Shown here: positions 8,830 through 19,640 of the stretch, piece by piece | Numbering within the stretch: the first letter of the stretch is position 1 | Layout of the letters: the number at the start of each line of letters is the position of its first letter | Source: an uncultured Actinomycetes bacterium | Lineage (GTDB): Bacteria; Actinomycetota; Acidimicrobiia; IMCC26256; DASPTH01 | Reading direction: 5' to 3' | Assembly: GCA_963809795.1 (NCBI GenBank) | Contig: CAWELN010000009.1 | Coordinates: forward strand, 322,994-386,993 | Length of the DNA stretch: 64,000 nt | Notes under the pieces: generated by a model | The model's database searches: none | The model's input: only the letters and a program-made list of their open reading frames with translations | What the model was told of the DNA's origin: nothing | Program-made: the position numbers and the translations under genes

Positions 8830-11254
8830 ATGGCCGCGATCGTCGACGTCGAGGCGTTGCTCGAGTCTCCCGTCGCCGAGCTCCTGGAGCACGCCGCGGC
8901 GCGCCGCGACGCCGCCCACGGGGCGCGGGTCACCTTCTCCCCCAAGGTGTTCATCCCGCTCACCATGCTGTGTCGCGACAAGTGCGGGTACTGCACCTTC
9001 GCCAAGCCGCCCGCGCACCTGGTGTCGCCCTACCTGGAGCTCGACGAGGTGCTGGCCATCGCGCGGCGCGGCGCCGAGCTCGGCTGCCACGAGGCGCTCT
9101 TCACCCTGGGCGAGGCGCCCGAGGCGCGCTACCCCGATGCCGCCGCCTGGCTGGCCGACCGGGGGTACGCCTCGACGGTCGACTACCTCGTCGCCGCGGC
9201 CGGGGTCGTGCTCACCGAGACCGGACTGCTCCCCCACGCCAACGCCGGGGCGCTCACCGAGGACGAGCTGGTGCGGCTCCGGGCGGTGTCGCCGTCGCAG
9301 GGGATGATGATCGAGACCCTGGCCGCCCGTCTCGGCGAGCCCGGCGGCCCGCACGCCGGCGCCCCCGACAAGACCCCGGAGCGACGGCTGGCCACGCTGG
9401 AGGCCGCGGGCCGGGCCCGGGTGCCGTTCACCACCGGGATCCTGGTCGGCATCGGCGAGACCCGGATCGAGCGGCTCGAGGCGCTCCTCGCCATCGCCGC
9501 CGCCCACGGGCGCCACGGCCACGTGCAGGAGGTGATCGTCCAGAACTTCCTGCCCAAGCCGGGCACGTCGATGTGGCGCGCGCCCGCGTGCGACCGCGAC
9601 GAGCTCCTGTGGACGATCGCCGCCGCCCGGCTGGTGCTCGACCCGTCGATCCACCTGCAGGCGCCCCCCAACCTGTCCGCGCCCGACGACCTCGCGGCGT
9701 TGGTGGCGGCCGGGATCGACGACTGGGGCGGCGTCTCCCCCGTCACCCCCGACCACGTGAACCCCGAGCGGCCGTGGCCACAACTCGACGTGCTGCGTCG
9801 CGCCACCGAAGCCGCGGGCAAGACGCTCGCGCCGCGCCTCACCGTGTACTCCGAGTACGTGCGCGACGGCGACCGCTGGCTGCACGACGACGTGCGCTTC
9901 GCGGTGCGCTGCGCGTCCGACCTCGAGGGCCTGGCGCGCGACGACGCCTGGGCCGCGGGCGGCGGGACCACACCTCCCGCGCTGCTCCCGGCACCGGTGC
10001 CACCGGGGTGGACGGCCCGGGCCCGCACGCCGGTGGGCGAGGTGCTCGACGGCGTCCTCGCCGGCGAGGAGGTCGATGTCGACGAGATCGTCACCCTGCT
10101 CGGCGCACGCGGACCCGACTTCCTCGAGGTCGCCGCGGTCGCCGACCAGCTCCGGCGCGACACGGTGGGTGACCCGGTCACGTTCGTCCGCAACCGGAAC
10201 ATCAATTACACGAACGTGTGCACGTTCAAGTGCAAGTTCTGCGCGTTCTCGAAGGGCCCGCTCTCACTGAACCTCCGCGGCTCGCCGTACCTCCTCGACC
10301 ACGAGGAGATCCAGCGCCGCGTCCTGGAAGCGGTCGACTGCGGCGCCACCGAGGTGTGCCTCCAGGGTGGCATCCACCCCGACTTCGACGGCAACTACTA
10401 CCTCTCGGTGGCGCGCGCGGTGAAGGAGGTCGCGCCGCAGATCCACGTGCACGGCTTCACCGCGCTCGAGGTCACCGAGGGCGCCCGTCGCCTCGGCATG
10501 CCCCTGCGCGACTACCTGGTGTCGGCGAAGGAAGCCGGCCTGGCCACGCTCCCCGGCACCGCGGCCGAGATCCTCGACGACGAGGTGCGGGCCATCATCT
10601 GCCCCGACAAGATCGACACCGAGGAGTGGCTCGACGCCCACCGCACCGCGCACTCGGTCGGGCTGCGCTCGAACGTCACCATCATGTTCGGGCACGTGGA
10701 GCGGCCGGAGCACATCGCCCGCCACCTCGTGCGCACGCGCGCCGTCCAGAAGGAGACCGGCGGCTTCACCGAGTTCGTGCCGTTGCCCTTCGTGCACATG
10801 GCCACTCCGATCTTCCTGCAGCGGAGGGCCCGGAAGGGCCCGACCATGCGGGAGGTGCTGCTCGTGCACGCGGTCGGGTCGCATCGCGTACCGGGACTGG
10901 ATCGACAACGTGCAGGTGTCGTGGGTGAAGACCGGTGTCGACGGTGCCCGCCAGGCGCTGCAGGCCGGATGCAACGACCTCGGCGGCACCCTGATGGACG
11001 AGAACATCTCACGTGCCGCGGGCGCCAGCCACGGGCAGGAGCTCGACGAGTCCGAGCTGCGCGCCATCGTCGAGCCGCTCGGTCGCCCGCTCGAGCAGCG
11101 CACCACGCTCTACGGCCGCACCCGCACCGAGGGGCGCCGCCTGCGGCCACCGCCCGAGACGGTCGAGGCCGACCGGCTCGCCGCCGCCGCGACCGGCGCG
11201 GTTCAGGAGGGCGTGCCGGTCACGCTGGGCGGCGTGCGGAGCTCCACGTCGTGA
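8830..11254 (+). pseudogene. fbiC: FO (7,8-didemethyl-8-hydroxy-5-deazariboflavin) synthase, CofG/CofH fusion, with a +1 indel near 10876-10878
   Basis: Two radical-SAM motifs, CRDKCGYCTF and CTFKCKFCAF. The C-terminus continues in ORF 10910..11254 (QVSWVKTGVDGARQALQAGCNDLGGTLMDENISRAAG). Removing one G from GGG gives LLVHAVGRIAYRDWIDNVQVSWVK. Length is 3n+1. Confidence 0.9.
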
Positions 11255-11447
11255 GCGGGCGAGCATGAGCGGAGTGTCCGCGAGCCGGGTATCCCGGCGA
11301 GCAGCGGAGCGGGGGCCGAGCGCCCCGGAGCGCAGCGACGAGAGCGGGCGAGCATGAGCGGAGTGTCCGCGAGCCGGGTATCCCGGCGAGCAGCGGAGCG
11401 GGGGCCGAGCGCCCCGGAGCGCAGCGACGAGAGCGGGCGAGCATGAC
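11253..11447. repeat. perfect 89-bp tandem duplication (2 full copies plus a 16-nt third start)
   Basis: gagcgggcgagcatga starts at 11253, 11342 and 11431. The two full units are identical. Each holds a 30-codon ORF (MSGVSASRVSRRAAERGPSAPERSDESGRA) whose TGA overlaps the next ATG. Confidence 0.9.
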
Positions 11448-12435
11448 CGACCGCATCGACGTCGTGGGCATCGGCAACGCGCTGGTCGACGTCCTGAGCC
11501 ACGAGTCCCACGAGTTCCTGACCGCGCAGGACCTCACGCCGGGGGCGATGACCCTCATCGACACCGCCCGCGCCGAGGCGCTCTACGCCGCGATGGGTCC
11601 GGCCGTCGAGATCTCGGGTGGGTCGGCGGCGAACACCCTGGTCGGCGTCGCGTCGTTCGGCGGCAGCGCCGCATTCGTCGGCCGGGTCGCCGACGACGAG
11701 CTCGGCACCGTGTTCGGCCACGACATCCGCGCCGCCGGCGTCGAGTTCCGCGCCAAGCCCGCGTCCGGCGGCGAGCCCAGCGGCCGGTGCCTGATCGTGG
11801 TCACCCCCGACGCCCAGCGCACCATGAACACCTATCTCGGCGCGTCCGCCCAGCTGGGGCCGGCCGACGTCGACCACGAGCTGGTCGCCCGGGCGCAGGT
11901 GCTCTACCTCGAGGGCTACCTCTGGGACGAGCCCGACGCCAAGGCCGCCTACCGCCTCGCCGCCCGCACCGCCCACGACGCCGGCAACCGGGTGGCGTTC
12001 ACGCTGTCCGATTCGTTCTGCGTCGACCGGCACCGCGACGAATTCCTGGAGCTGGTCGAGTCCGAGGTCGACGTGCTGTTCGCCAACGAGGCCGAGATCA
12101 CCTCGCTGTACGAGGTCGACGAGTTCGACGACGCCCTGCAGCGCGTGCAGCACCACTGCGAGATCGCGGCGCTGACCCGCAGCGAGCGGGGCGCGGTGAT
12201 CGTCGCTCGCGACGAGGTGCACGTGGTCGACGCCCACCCCGTTGGCGAGGTCGTCGACACCACCGGGGCCGGCGACCAGTTCGCCGCCGGCTTCCTCTTC
12301 GGGCTCACCCACGGGTACCACCTCGGCACCGCCGCCCGCCTCGGCGCGCTGGCCGCGGCGGAGGTGATCAGCCACCTCGGTGCCCGGCCCGAGGCGGCGC
12401 TGGCCACCCTCGCGGCACCGCTGCTCGCCGACTGA
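11443..12435 (+). CDS. PfkB-family carbohydrate/adenosine kinase
   Basis: 330 aa. VVGIGNALVDV at the N-terminus and DTTGAGDQFAAGFLFG near the C-terminus. Confidence 0.85.
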   Translation: MTDRIDVVGIGNALVDVLSHESHEFLTAQDLTPGAMTLIDTARAEALYAAMGPAVEISGGSAANTLVGVASFGGSAAFVGRVADDELGTVFGHDIRAAGVEFRAKPASGGEPSGRCLIVVTPDAQRTMNTYLGASAQLGPADVDHELVARAQVLYLEGYLWDEPDAKAAYRLAARTAHDAGNRVAFTLSDSFCVDRHRDEFLELVESEVDVLFANEAEITSLYEVDEFDDALQRVQHHCEIAALTRSERGAVIVARDEVHVVDAHPVGEVVDTTGAGDQFAAGFLFGLTHGYHLGTAARLGALAAAEVISHLGARPEAALATLAAPLLAD

Positions 12436-12471
12436 ACGTGCGGCACGACCGCGCGCCGTCATCGCCCGCTC

Positions 12472-12477
12472 TAGCCT
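12472..12477 (+). promoter_or_regulatory. -10-like TAGCCT, 7 nt upstream of ATG 12485 (leaderless-type)
   Basis: TANNNT followed by gcggacg and then ATG. Confidence 0.4.
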
Positions 12478-12484
12478 GCGGACG

Positions 12485-13537
12485 ATGAAGCTCCCCCGGT
12501 ACCGGACCGGCGACGCCGCCCTCGACGAGGACGTGGCGGCACTCGTCGATCGGGTCAGCGACCCCGCCGACGCCGATCTGATCTTCGAGCTGGTGGCGTC
12601 GGCGCTGCGGCTGGCGAACGACGCCGCCGATCGCGGCGATCTCAAGATCGCCAACGCCGCGTTGAAGGAGATGCGCCACGCCTTTCACGTGTTCGCGCCG
12701 TACCGCGCGGCCCGGAAGGTCGCCATCTTCGGGTCCGCCCGCACGCAACCCGACAGCCCGCTCTACGTGCAGGCGCGCGATCTCGCCGCCGCCCTGGCCG
12801 CGCTCGACTGGATGGTCGTCACCGGGGCCGGGCCCGGGATCATGGAGGCCGGCATCGAGGGCGCGGGAACCGACAACGCGTTCGGCGTCGGCATCCTCCT
12901 CCCCTTCGAGACCACCACGAGCCAGTTCCTGGCCGACGACCCCAAGCTCATCAACTTCCGGTACTTCTTCACCCGGAAGCTGGAGTTCATCAAGGAGTCG
13001 GACGCGTTCGTGCTCCTCCCCGGCGGCTACGGCACCCTCGACGAGGCGTTCGAGCTGCTCACGCTGCTGCAGACCGGCAAGGCGCAACCGGCGCCGGTGA
13101 TCATGCTCGACGTCCCCGGCGGCACCTATTGGCAGCACTGGGGCACGTTCGTCGAGCGCGAGCTGGAGCGGCCCGGGTACGTGTCGCTGGAGGACGACCG
13201 CCTCTTCTGCGTGACCGACAGCATCGAGACCGCGGTCGACGAGATCGTGGGCTTCTACTCGAACTACCACTCGCAGCGCTTCGTGAAGGGACGCCTGGTC
13301 CTGCGCATGCGCCACGCACCCGCGCCCGACGAGCTCGCTTCGCTCAACCGCGAGTTCGCCGACATCGTCACGCGCGGCGACATCGAGGTGATCGGCCCGA
13401 CCCCCGAGGAGGTCGCCGACGACGACCACGCCGACCTCGAGCGCATCGCCTTCCGCTTCGACCGGCACGGGTGGGCACGGCTCCGCATGCTGGTCGACCG
13501 GCTGAACGGGCGCGCGGCACCGGAGGCGTTGGGATGA
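12485..13537 (+). CDS. LOG / TIGR00730-family Rossmann-fold protein with a long C-terminal extension
   Basis: KVAIFGSAR...VVTGAGPGIMEAG...LPGGYGTLDEAFE motifs. 350 aa. Confidence 0.8.
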   Translation: MKLPRYRTGDAALDEDVAALVDRVSDPADADLIFELVASALRLANDAADRGDLKIANAALKEMRHAFHVFAPYRAARKVAIFGSARTQPDSPLYVQARDLAAALAALDWMVVTGAGPGIMEAGIEGAGTDNAFGVGILLPFETTTSQFLADDPKLINFRYFFTRKLEFIKESDAFVLLPGGYGTLDEAFELLTLLQTGKAQPAPVIMLDVPGGTYWQHWGTFVERELERPGYVSLEDDRLFCVTDSIETAVDEIVGFYSNYHSQRFVKGRLVLRMRHAPAPDELASLNREFADIVTRGDIEVIGPTPEEVADDDHADLERIAFRFDRHGWARLRMLVDRLNGRAAPEALG

Positions 13538-14298
13538 GCCAGGTCGCCTATGACTTCTCGGGCCGGGTGGCGCTGGTGACCGGCGCGGCCGCCGGGATCG
13601 GCCGCGCGTCGGCGGTCGCGTTCGCCCGAGCCGGCGCGTCGGTGGTCGTCGCCGACGTCGACGAGGCGGGTGGCGCGGCGACGGTCGAGCTGGCAACGGC
13701 CGCGGGCGGTGACGCGCGCTTCGTGCGCACCGACGTGGCGTCGACCGACGCCGTGCGGCGGATGGTCGACGAGGCCGTCACCGCGTACGGCCGTCTCGAC
13801 TACGCGCACAACAACGCCGGCGTGGCCGCCGCGCAGCACGACGTCGCCGACCTCCCGGAGGAGGAGTGGGATCGGGTCCAGGGCGTGATGCTCCGTGGCG
13901 TGTACCTCTGCATGAAGTACGAGCTCCCGCACCTCCTGGCGACGGGCGGCGCGATCGTCAACACCGCGTCGGGTGCCGGCCTGGTCGGATACCCGGGGCA
14001 GTCGCCGTACGTGTCGTCGAAGCACGGCGTGCTCGGGCTCACGAAGTCGGCCGCGCTCGAGTACGGCCACCGCGGGGTGCGGGTCAACGCGGTGTGCCCC
14101 GGCACCGTGCTCACGCCCATGGTCGAGGCGGCCATGCAGCTGCCGGGTCTCGAGGAGCAACTGATCGCGCTGCACCCCATCGGCCGCATCGGGACGCCCG
14201 ACGAGGTCGCGAACGCGGTGCTGTGGCTCTGCTCCGACGACGCCTCGTTCGTGCTGGGGCATGCGCTCGCGGTCGACGGCGGCTACGTCGTCCCCTGA
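13534..14298 (+). CDS. SDR-family oxidoreductase
   Basis: ATGA overlap with the previous gene. TGAAAGIGRA, NNAG and YVSSK motifs. 254 aa. Confidence 0.9.
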   Translation: MSQVAYDFSGRVALVTGAAAGIGRASAVAFARAGASVVVADVDEAGGAATVELATAAGGDARFVRTDVASTDAVRRMVDEAVTAYGRLDYAHNNAGVAAAQHDVADLPEEEWDRVQGVMLRGVYLCMKYELPHLLATGGAIVNTASGAGLVGYPGQSPYVSSKHGVLGLTKSAALEYGHRGVRVNAVCPGTVLTPMVEAAMQLPGLEEQLIALHPIGRIGTPDEVANAVLWLCSDDASFVLGHALAVDGGYVVP

Positions 14299-14373
14299 CC
14301 CCTTGTGCGCGCCCGGAGCGCGGGGTTAGGCTGGACGAACACACGTTCGCCTCACGTTCCCCCGGAGGTCACC

Positions 14374-14841
14374 ATGCCCGACGTCGAGCCCATCCCCGCC
14401 GAGTACCCCCGCGTCACGCCGTACCTGTGCTGTCGGGGCGCGAGCGCCGCCATCGACTTCTACACCCGAGTGCTCGACGCCAAGGAGCGGATGCGCATGC
14501 CGGGTGACTCGCCCGAGACCATCGGCCACGCCGAGCTCGAGATCGGCACCGGCATGATCATGCTCGCCGACGAGTTCCCCGACCACGGGTTCCTGTCACC
14601 CCAGTCGGTCGGCGGCACGCCGGTCACCATCCACGTCTACGTCGCCGACGTCGACGCCACCTACGCCAAGGCGTTGGACGCCGGCGCCACCTCGGTGCGC
14701 GAGGTCGAGAACCAGTTCTACGGTGACCGCTCGGGCCAGTTCGAGGACCCGTTCGGGCACCGGTGGAGCATCGCCAGCCACGTCGAGGAGGTCTCCCCCG
14801 AGGAGATGGGCCGGCGCATGGCGGAGATGGCGCAGGGCTGA
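14374..14841 (+). CDS. VOC/glyoxalase-family protein (PhnB-like)
   Basis: GGAGG 5 nt upstream of the ATG. VTPYLCCRGASAAIDFY...FYGDRSGQFEDPFGHRWSI. Confidence 0.8.
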   Translation: MPDVEPIPAEYPRVTPYLCCRGASAAIDFYTRVLDAKERMRMPGDSPETIGHAELEIGTGMIMLADEFPDHGFLSPQSVGGTPVTIHVYVADVDATYAKALDAGATSVREVENQFYGDRSGQFEDPFGHRWSIASHVEEVSPEEMGRRMAEMAQG

Positions 14842-14856
14842 CGCGCCGCCGCGCCG

Positions 14857-15054
14857 TCAGTCGTGCTCGGGCGTGCCGCCGAGCGCCACGATCGCGCGCT
14901 CGACGGCGCGTCGCGCCTGGAGCACCTTCTTCTCGTCGGCGAGCGCGTCGGCGTCGCCGTCCTCGGCGGCGGCGCGCAGGCGGTCGTAGGCGAGGTCGCG
15001 CAGGTCGGCCTCGATCGACTGCAACCGTTCGACGAGGTGTTCGGCGTCACGCAT
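14857..15054 (-). CDS. small helical hypothetical protein (65 aa)
   Basis: MRDAEHLVERLQSIEADLRDLAYDRL... Its start overlaps the glcF stop by 8 nt, and GC3 is high. Confidence 0.45.
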   Translation of the reverse strand: MRDAEHLVERLQSIEADLRDLAYDRLRAAAEDGDADALADEKKVLQARRAVERAIVALGGTPEHD

Positions 15055-16309
15055 CGGGGTGCTCCGGTTCGCTGGGCACGAGGGCGGCGGCCAGCAGCTC
15101 GGCGGGATGACGGACATCGATGCCCGCCGCGCCGAGGTGCATCGCGCACCCGGGGTTGGCGGAGACGACGACCATCCGGTCGGCGTCGTCACCGGCGGCC
15201 GCCCGCAGCGCGCGGATCTTGCGGTCGCGGATCTCGCCGGCCAGCGCGCGCTCGCGAACCGCGTAGGCGCCACCGGCACCGCAACACAGGCCGTCGTCGG
15301 CGGTCTCGTGCAGCCGGTACGCCGCCGCGAGCACCGTCCGCACCGCACCCTGGGCCCGCTGGACGTGACGCAGGTGGCAGGGATCCTGGACGACCACGTC
15401 GCGCCCGGTGTCGCGCAGCGGGAGCTCACCGGGTTGCGCCGCCAACCATTCGGAGAAGTCGCGCACACGGGTCGCGAACGCGTGGGCCTCCGGGGTGTCG
15501 AGCAGCCGCCCGTAGTCCTTCATCGCCGCGCCGCAGCCCGCGCTGTCGACGACGACGGGTGCCGGGCCCGGCATCGACGCCATCACCCGTCGCGCCAGGC
15601 GGCGGGCCTGCCCGATGCGACCGGCGTGGGTGTGGAGCGCCCCGCAGCAGTCACCCCCGGGGCCGGGTAGCCCGACGTGCGCGCCCCCGGCGCGCATCAC
15701 CCGGAGCGCGTCGCGGTGTACGTCCCGCTGCCACGCGTCCATCACGCAGCCCGGGAAGAGGTACGCGTCCGCGGGCGGGTCGTCGGCGACGAGCGGGGTC
15801 CGCAGCGAGCGGGCGGACAGCTCGGGCAGGCCGAGGCGGCGCGGCACGAGGTGCAGGCGCTGGGCCACGAGGAGCGCCCAGGTCGCGGCGAGGAGGAGGC
15901 GGTGGCGCGGGAGCACGAGCGTGAACCCGAACCACTCCGCGAGTCGGCGCGACGTCCGCCGGGTGTCGGTGGCCGGCGCCGGATGGGCCGCCAACGCCTC
16001 GTTGGCGCCCTCGATGAGATGGCCGAACGGCACCGTCGAGGGGCAGGCGGCCTCGCAGCCACGGCACTGGACGCAGGTCTCGATGGTGTCACGGAACGCG
16101 TCGTCGAGCGGGGCGCGGTCGAACTCCACCGCCTGCATGGCGGCGATCCGCCCGCGCGGTGAGAGGCGCTCCAACCCGGTGACGCGGTAGGTCGGGCAGT
16201 GCGGCAGGCAGAGCCCGCAGGCGACGCACGCGACCAGCTCGTCCTCGTCGACCGGCAGCACGCCGGCGCGCTCGCCCCGCACCGCCGGCGCGGTCACGGC
16301 GTCAACCAC
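15047..16309 (-). CDS. glcF: glycolate oxidase iron-sulfur subunit / (Fe-S)-binding protein
   Basis: 420 aa. Two ferredoxin-type clusters (CVACGLCLPHCP, CVQCRGCEAACP) plus C-terminal CCG domains (CCGA, CCGAGG). Confidence 0.85.
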   Translation of the reverse strand: MVDAVTAPAVRGERAGVLPVDEDELVACVACGLCLPHCPTYRVTGLERLSPRGRIAAMQAVEFDRAPLDDAFRDTIETCVQCRGCEAACPSTVPFGHLIEGANEALAAHPAPATDTRRTSRRLAEWFGFTLVLPRHRLLLAATWALLVAQRLHLVPRRLGLPELSARSLRTPLVADDPPADAYLFPGCVMDAWQRDVHRDALRVMRAGGAHVGLPGPGGDCCGALHTHAGRIGQARRLARRVMASMPGPAPVVVDSAGCGAAMKDYGRLLDTPEAHAFATRVRDFSEWLAAQPGELPLRDTGRDVVVQDPCHLRHVQRAQGAVRTVLAAAYRLHETADDGLCCGAGGAYAVRERALAGEIRDRKIRALRAAAGDDADRMVVVSANPGCAMHLGAAGIDVRHPAELLAAALVPSEPEHPDA

Positions 16310-17326
16310 CGGCCGCTTCCACGGGTAGGCGACCGGGCGAGAGCTTGCCGTCGGGATCGAACGCGTCGAACACGCGACCCATCAACTTCGCGTTCGGCAG
16401 CGCGCCGCCGAAGCCGTCGAGACCGGGTGCGCCGGCCTCGCGCAGCAGCCAGCCACCGGCGGTGACTGCCGCGGCGCGGGCACCGGCCAGGGCGGTCTCG
16501 TCGTCGGTCGCCACGTGCACGGTGCCGACGCCGACCTCCGCGGCCCACCGCGCGCCGACCGAGTCGAGCGTCGGGCGCGAGCTCGCGCAGCGCCGACGGC
16601 CTCACCGAGATGCGACCGCGATGGGGCCCGGCGGGCAGCGCGGGTGCGGTGCCGGCCTCGGCGCCGTCGACCCGCGCCCGCTCGGTGGCGACGTCGGCCG
16701 GGATCCCCTCGAGCAGGACGTGGGTGCGGAGGCCGTCCCACAGCAGGCACGAGGGCCGGTACAGCTCGCGTCGCAGCGCGAAGGGGTCGGCGGCGGTGAC
16801 GAACCACTCGGCGCTCGCGGGCAGGGGTTGGCACCGCAGGGTGACCTGCACGAGCACGCCGACGCGACCGAGCGAGCCGACCAGGAGGCGGGGCAGGTCG
16901 AAGCCGCTCACGTTCTTGACCGTCGGTCCCCCGCCCTTCACGAGCCGTCCGTCGGCGGTGACGAAGCGCACCTCCAGCACGCGGTCGCGGAGCGGCCCGT
17001 GACGGAGGCGGCGGTGGCCGGACAGCCCCGTCGCCAGCAACCCGCCGACGGTGGACGGCCCCGTCGCGCGGATCGAGCACCGACTCCTGGCCCTCGGCGG
17101 CGAGGACCGCCGCCAGCTCGTCGCTGCGGGTGCCGGCCGCGAGGGTGACGGTGAGGTCGGCCGGGTCGTAGGCGACGATGCCGGCGGGCGCGTGCACCAG
17201 GGTCACGTCGTCGCCGGTCGGCGCAGGCCCGCCCACCTCCCAGTGGGTGCGGCTGCCGACGGCGGCGACGGTCGCGGCCCGGGCCACCGTCTCGCAGAGC
17301 TCGTCGACCTCGGTGAGCGTGGGCAT
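16302..17326 (-). pseudogene. glcE: glycolate oxidase FAD-binding subunit, split by two +1 indels (about 17059-17062 and 16573-16575)
   Basis: Three consecutive frames read MPTLTEVDEL...LDPRDG, then STVGGLLATGLSGHRRLRHGPLRD...RELAP, then TLDSVGARWAAEVGVGTVHVATDDE... Length is 3n+2. Confidence 0.8.
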
Positions 17327-18758
17327 CAGATCCACGCGCCCTCGGGGACGCGCTGGAGCTCGCCGCACCGGCTGCCGCGCGGCAGCACCTTGCGCGGGTT
17401 GGCCCGACCCGACGGGTCGAACGCGTCACGGAGCCGCGCCTGGGCGTCGAGGTCGTCGGCGCTGAACACCAGGGGCATGGCCTCCCGCTTCTCCAGGCCG
17501 ATGCCGTGCTCACCCGAGAGCACGCCACCGGCGGCGACGCACGCCGCCAGGATCTCGTCGCCGGCGCGGTGCACGCGCTCCCAGACGCCCGGCTCGCGCG
17601 CGTCGAACACGATCAGCGGGTGCAGGTTGCCGTCGCCGGCGTGGAACACGTTCATCATCGTGAGCCGCTGCTCGTGCCGCGATCGCGTACACGCGGCGGA
17701 GGACGTCGACCAGCTTCGTGCGCGGGACCACCGCGTCGTGCAGGTAGTAGTCGGGCGCGATGCGGGCGATGGCCCCGAACGCCGACTTGCGGCCCTTCCA
17801 GAGCAGCGCCCGCTCGGCGTCGTCGGCGGCGACCCGGACGGTCCGGGCACCGTGCTCCAGGCCCACCCGCTCGACCGCGTCGACCTGGTGCGCCACCCCA
17901 CCGTCGAGCCCGTCGAGCTCCACGAGCAGCACCGCGGCCGCGTCGCGCGGGTAGCCCGCGCCCACGTAGTCCTCGACCGCGCGGGTGATCTCGGCGTCCA
18001 TCATCTCCAGCGCCGCGGGCACGATGCCGGCGGCGATGATGCCGCTGACGGTCGCTCCGGCGTCCTCGATCGACGTGAAGTCGAGCAACAGCGTGCGCAC
18101 GACCGGCGGGTCAGGGGTGAGCCGTACCGCGATGCGGGTGGCGATGCCCATGGTCCCCTCGGAGCCCACGAAGCAGCCCGCGCAGGTCGAGGCCGGGGTG
18201 GTCGGGGGCGAGGCCGCCCAGCATCGCCACCGAGCCGTCGGCCAACACCACCTCCAGCGCCAACACGTGCGTGGCGGTGACCCCCGACGCCAGGCAGTGC
18301 GGGCCGCCGGCGTTGGTGGCGACGTTGCCGCCGATGGTGCACGCCTGTTGCGACGACGGGTCGGGCGCGTAGTGCAACCCGAGGTGCGCCACCTCGCGGC
18401 TGAGATCGAGGTTCAGCACCCCCGGCTCCACCCACGCGTACCGCTCCTCGGCGTCGACTTCGAGCACGCGGTTGAGCCGGGTGGTGACGATCACGAGGGG
18501 GTCGTCGACGGGGGTCGCGCCGCCCGCGAGCCCGGTACCGCTCCCCCGGGCGACGAACGGCCGGTCGTGGCGCGCCGCGACGCGTACCGCGTCGGCGACC
18601 TGCGCGCCGGTCTCGGGGAAGCAGACGACGGCGGCGCTGCCGCGCGCCACGCCTGCGTCGCGCGCGTAGAGCGCGAGCTCGAGCGGTTCGGCGCGCGCCC
18701 GGTCGGGCCCGAGGACCGATCGCAGGTCGGCAAGGAGTGCGCGCGAGTCGTCGATCAC
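17326..18758 (-). pseudogene. glcD: glycolate oxidase / FAD-linked oxidase subunit, split by two +1 indels (about 18177-18179 and 17678)
   Basis: Three pieces: N-terminal ...VARGSGTGLAGGA...GLDLRG, middle VGSEGTMGIATRIAV...VPRTKLVDVLRRVYAIA, C-terminal EQRLTMMNVFHAGDGNLHP...GEHGIG. Length is 3n+2. Confidence 0.85.
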
Positions 18759-18828
18759 CCGAGACTACGACGAAAAGGTGCGCGAGAGTCCCTGGTGCAG
18801 CGTCGGCCGTCGCTACGCTCGTCACATC

Positions 18829-19618
18829 ATGAGCAGACCTGACCGCACCCCGGCCGGCCCCGCGCGAGTGGGTCACCTTCGACGACCCGGTCGAGGAGGG
18901 ACGCACCTGGCAGATCGACGTGACGTTCCTCATGTCGTCGTATCGGTGCATCTTCGGCTGCGGTTGCCAGGGCATCTGGACGGCACCGACCCCCGAGCTC
19001 GGACACGGCTGCTGCACCTACGGGGCGCACTTCTCCGACAAGGCCGACCGCGAGCACGTGGTGAAGGTGGCGAAGGAGCTCGGCGCCGACGAGTGGCAGT
19101 TCGCCAAGGTGGCGAAGAAGAAGGGCATCTACACGAAGGTCGTCGAGGACGAGGGTGACGGCCCGGAGTGGAAGACGACCATCCACAAGGATGCGTGCAT
19201 CTTCCTGAACCGCCTCGACTTCCCGGCCGGTGCCGGCTGCGCGTTGCACCTGCACGCGCTCAACCGGGGGAAGCACTTCAGCGAGTACAAGCCCGAGGTC
19301 TGCTGGCAGGTGCCGCTGCGGCGCATCGACGACGAGCAGGACGACGGCAGCGTGATCTCCCGACTCACCGAGTTCGGACGCGACGGCTGGGGCGAGGGTG
19401 GCGAGGACTTCGGCTGGTGGTGCACCGAGCAGCCCGCGGCCTTCACGGGCGCCGAGCCGGTGTACCGGTCGATGTCGGTCGAGTTGCGCAAGATGCTCGG
19501 CAAGCGCCTGCACAAGCAGGTCGTCGCCTACCTCGAGCAGCGGCGCGAGGCGGCGGGCGCGTTGCCGCCGGTCGCGCACCCGGCCGAGGTCCCCGTGAAG
19601 CTGGGCCGCAAGAAGTGA
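18829..19618 (+). pseudogene. conserved Cys-rich hypothetical protein; probable +1 indel near 18858-18861 separates the ATG from the conserved body
   Basis: The certain body is ORF 18920..19618 (SYRCIFGCGCQG...GHGCCTYGAHF). The same frame upstream (EWVTFDDPVEEGRTWQIDV) looks coding but has no start. ATG 18829 lies one frame off. Length is 3n+1. Confidence 0.55.
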
Positions 19619-19640
19619 CCGGGCCGGGCCGCGCGCCCGG

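Noticed and set aside
11253-11447. Possible CRISPR array or leader-peptide attenuator at the 89-bp repeat
   Set aside because: There are only about 2.2 directly abutting copies, with no unique spacers and no cas genes. The 30-codon ORF has no run of regulatory codons and uses several rare codons.
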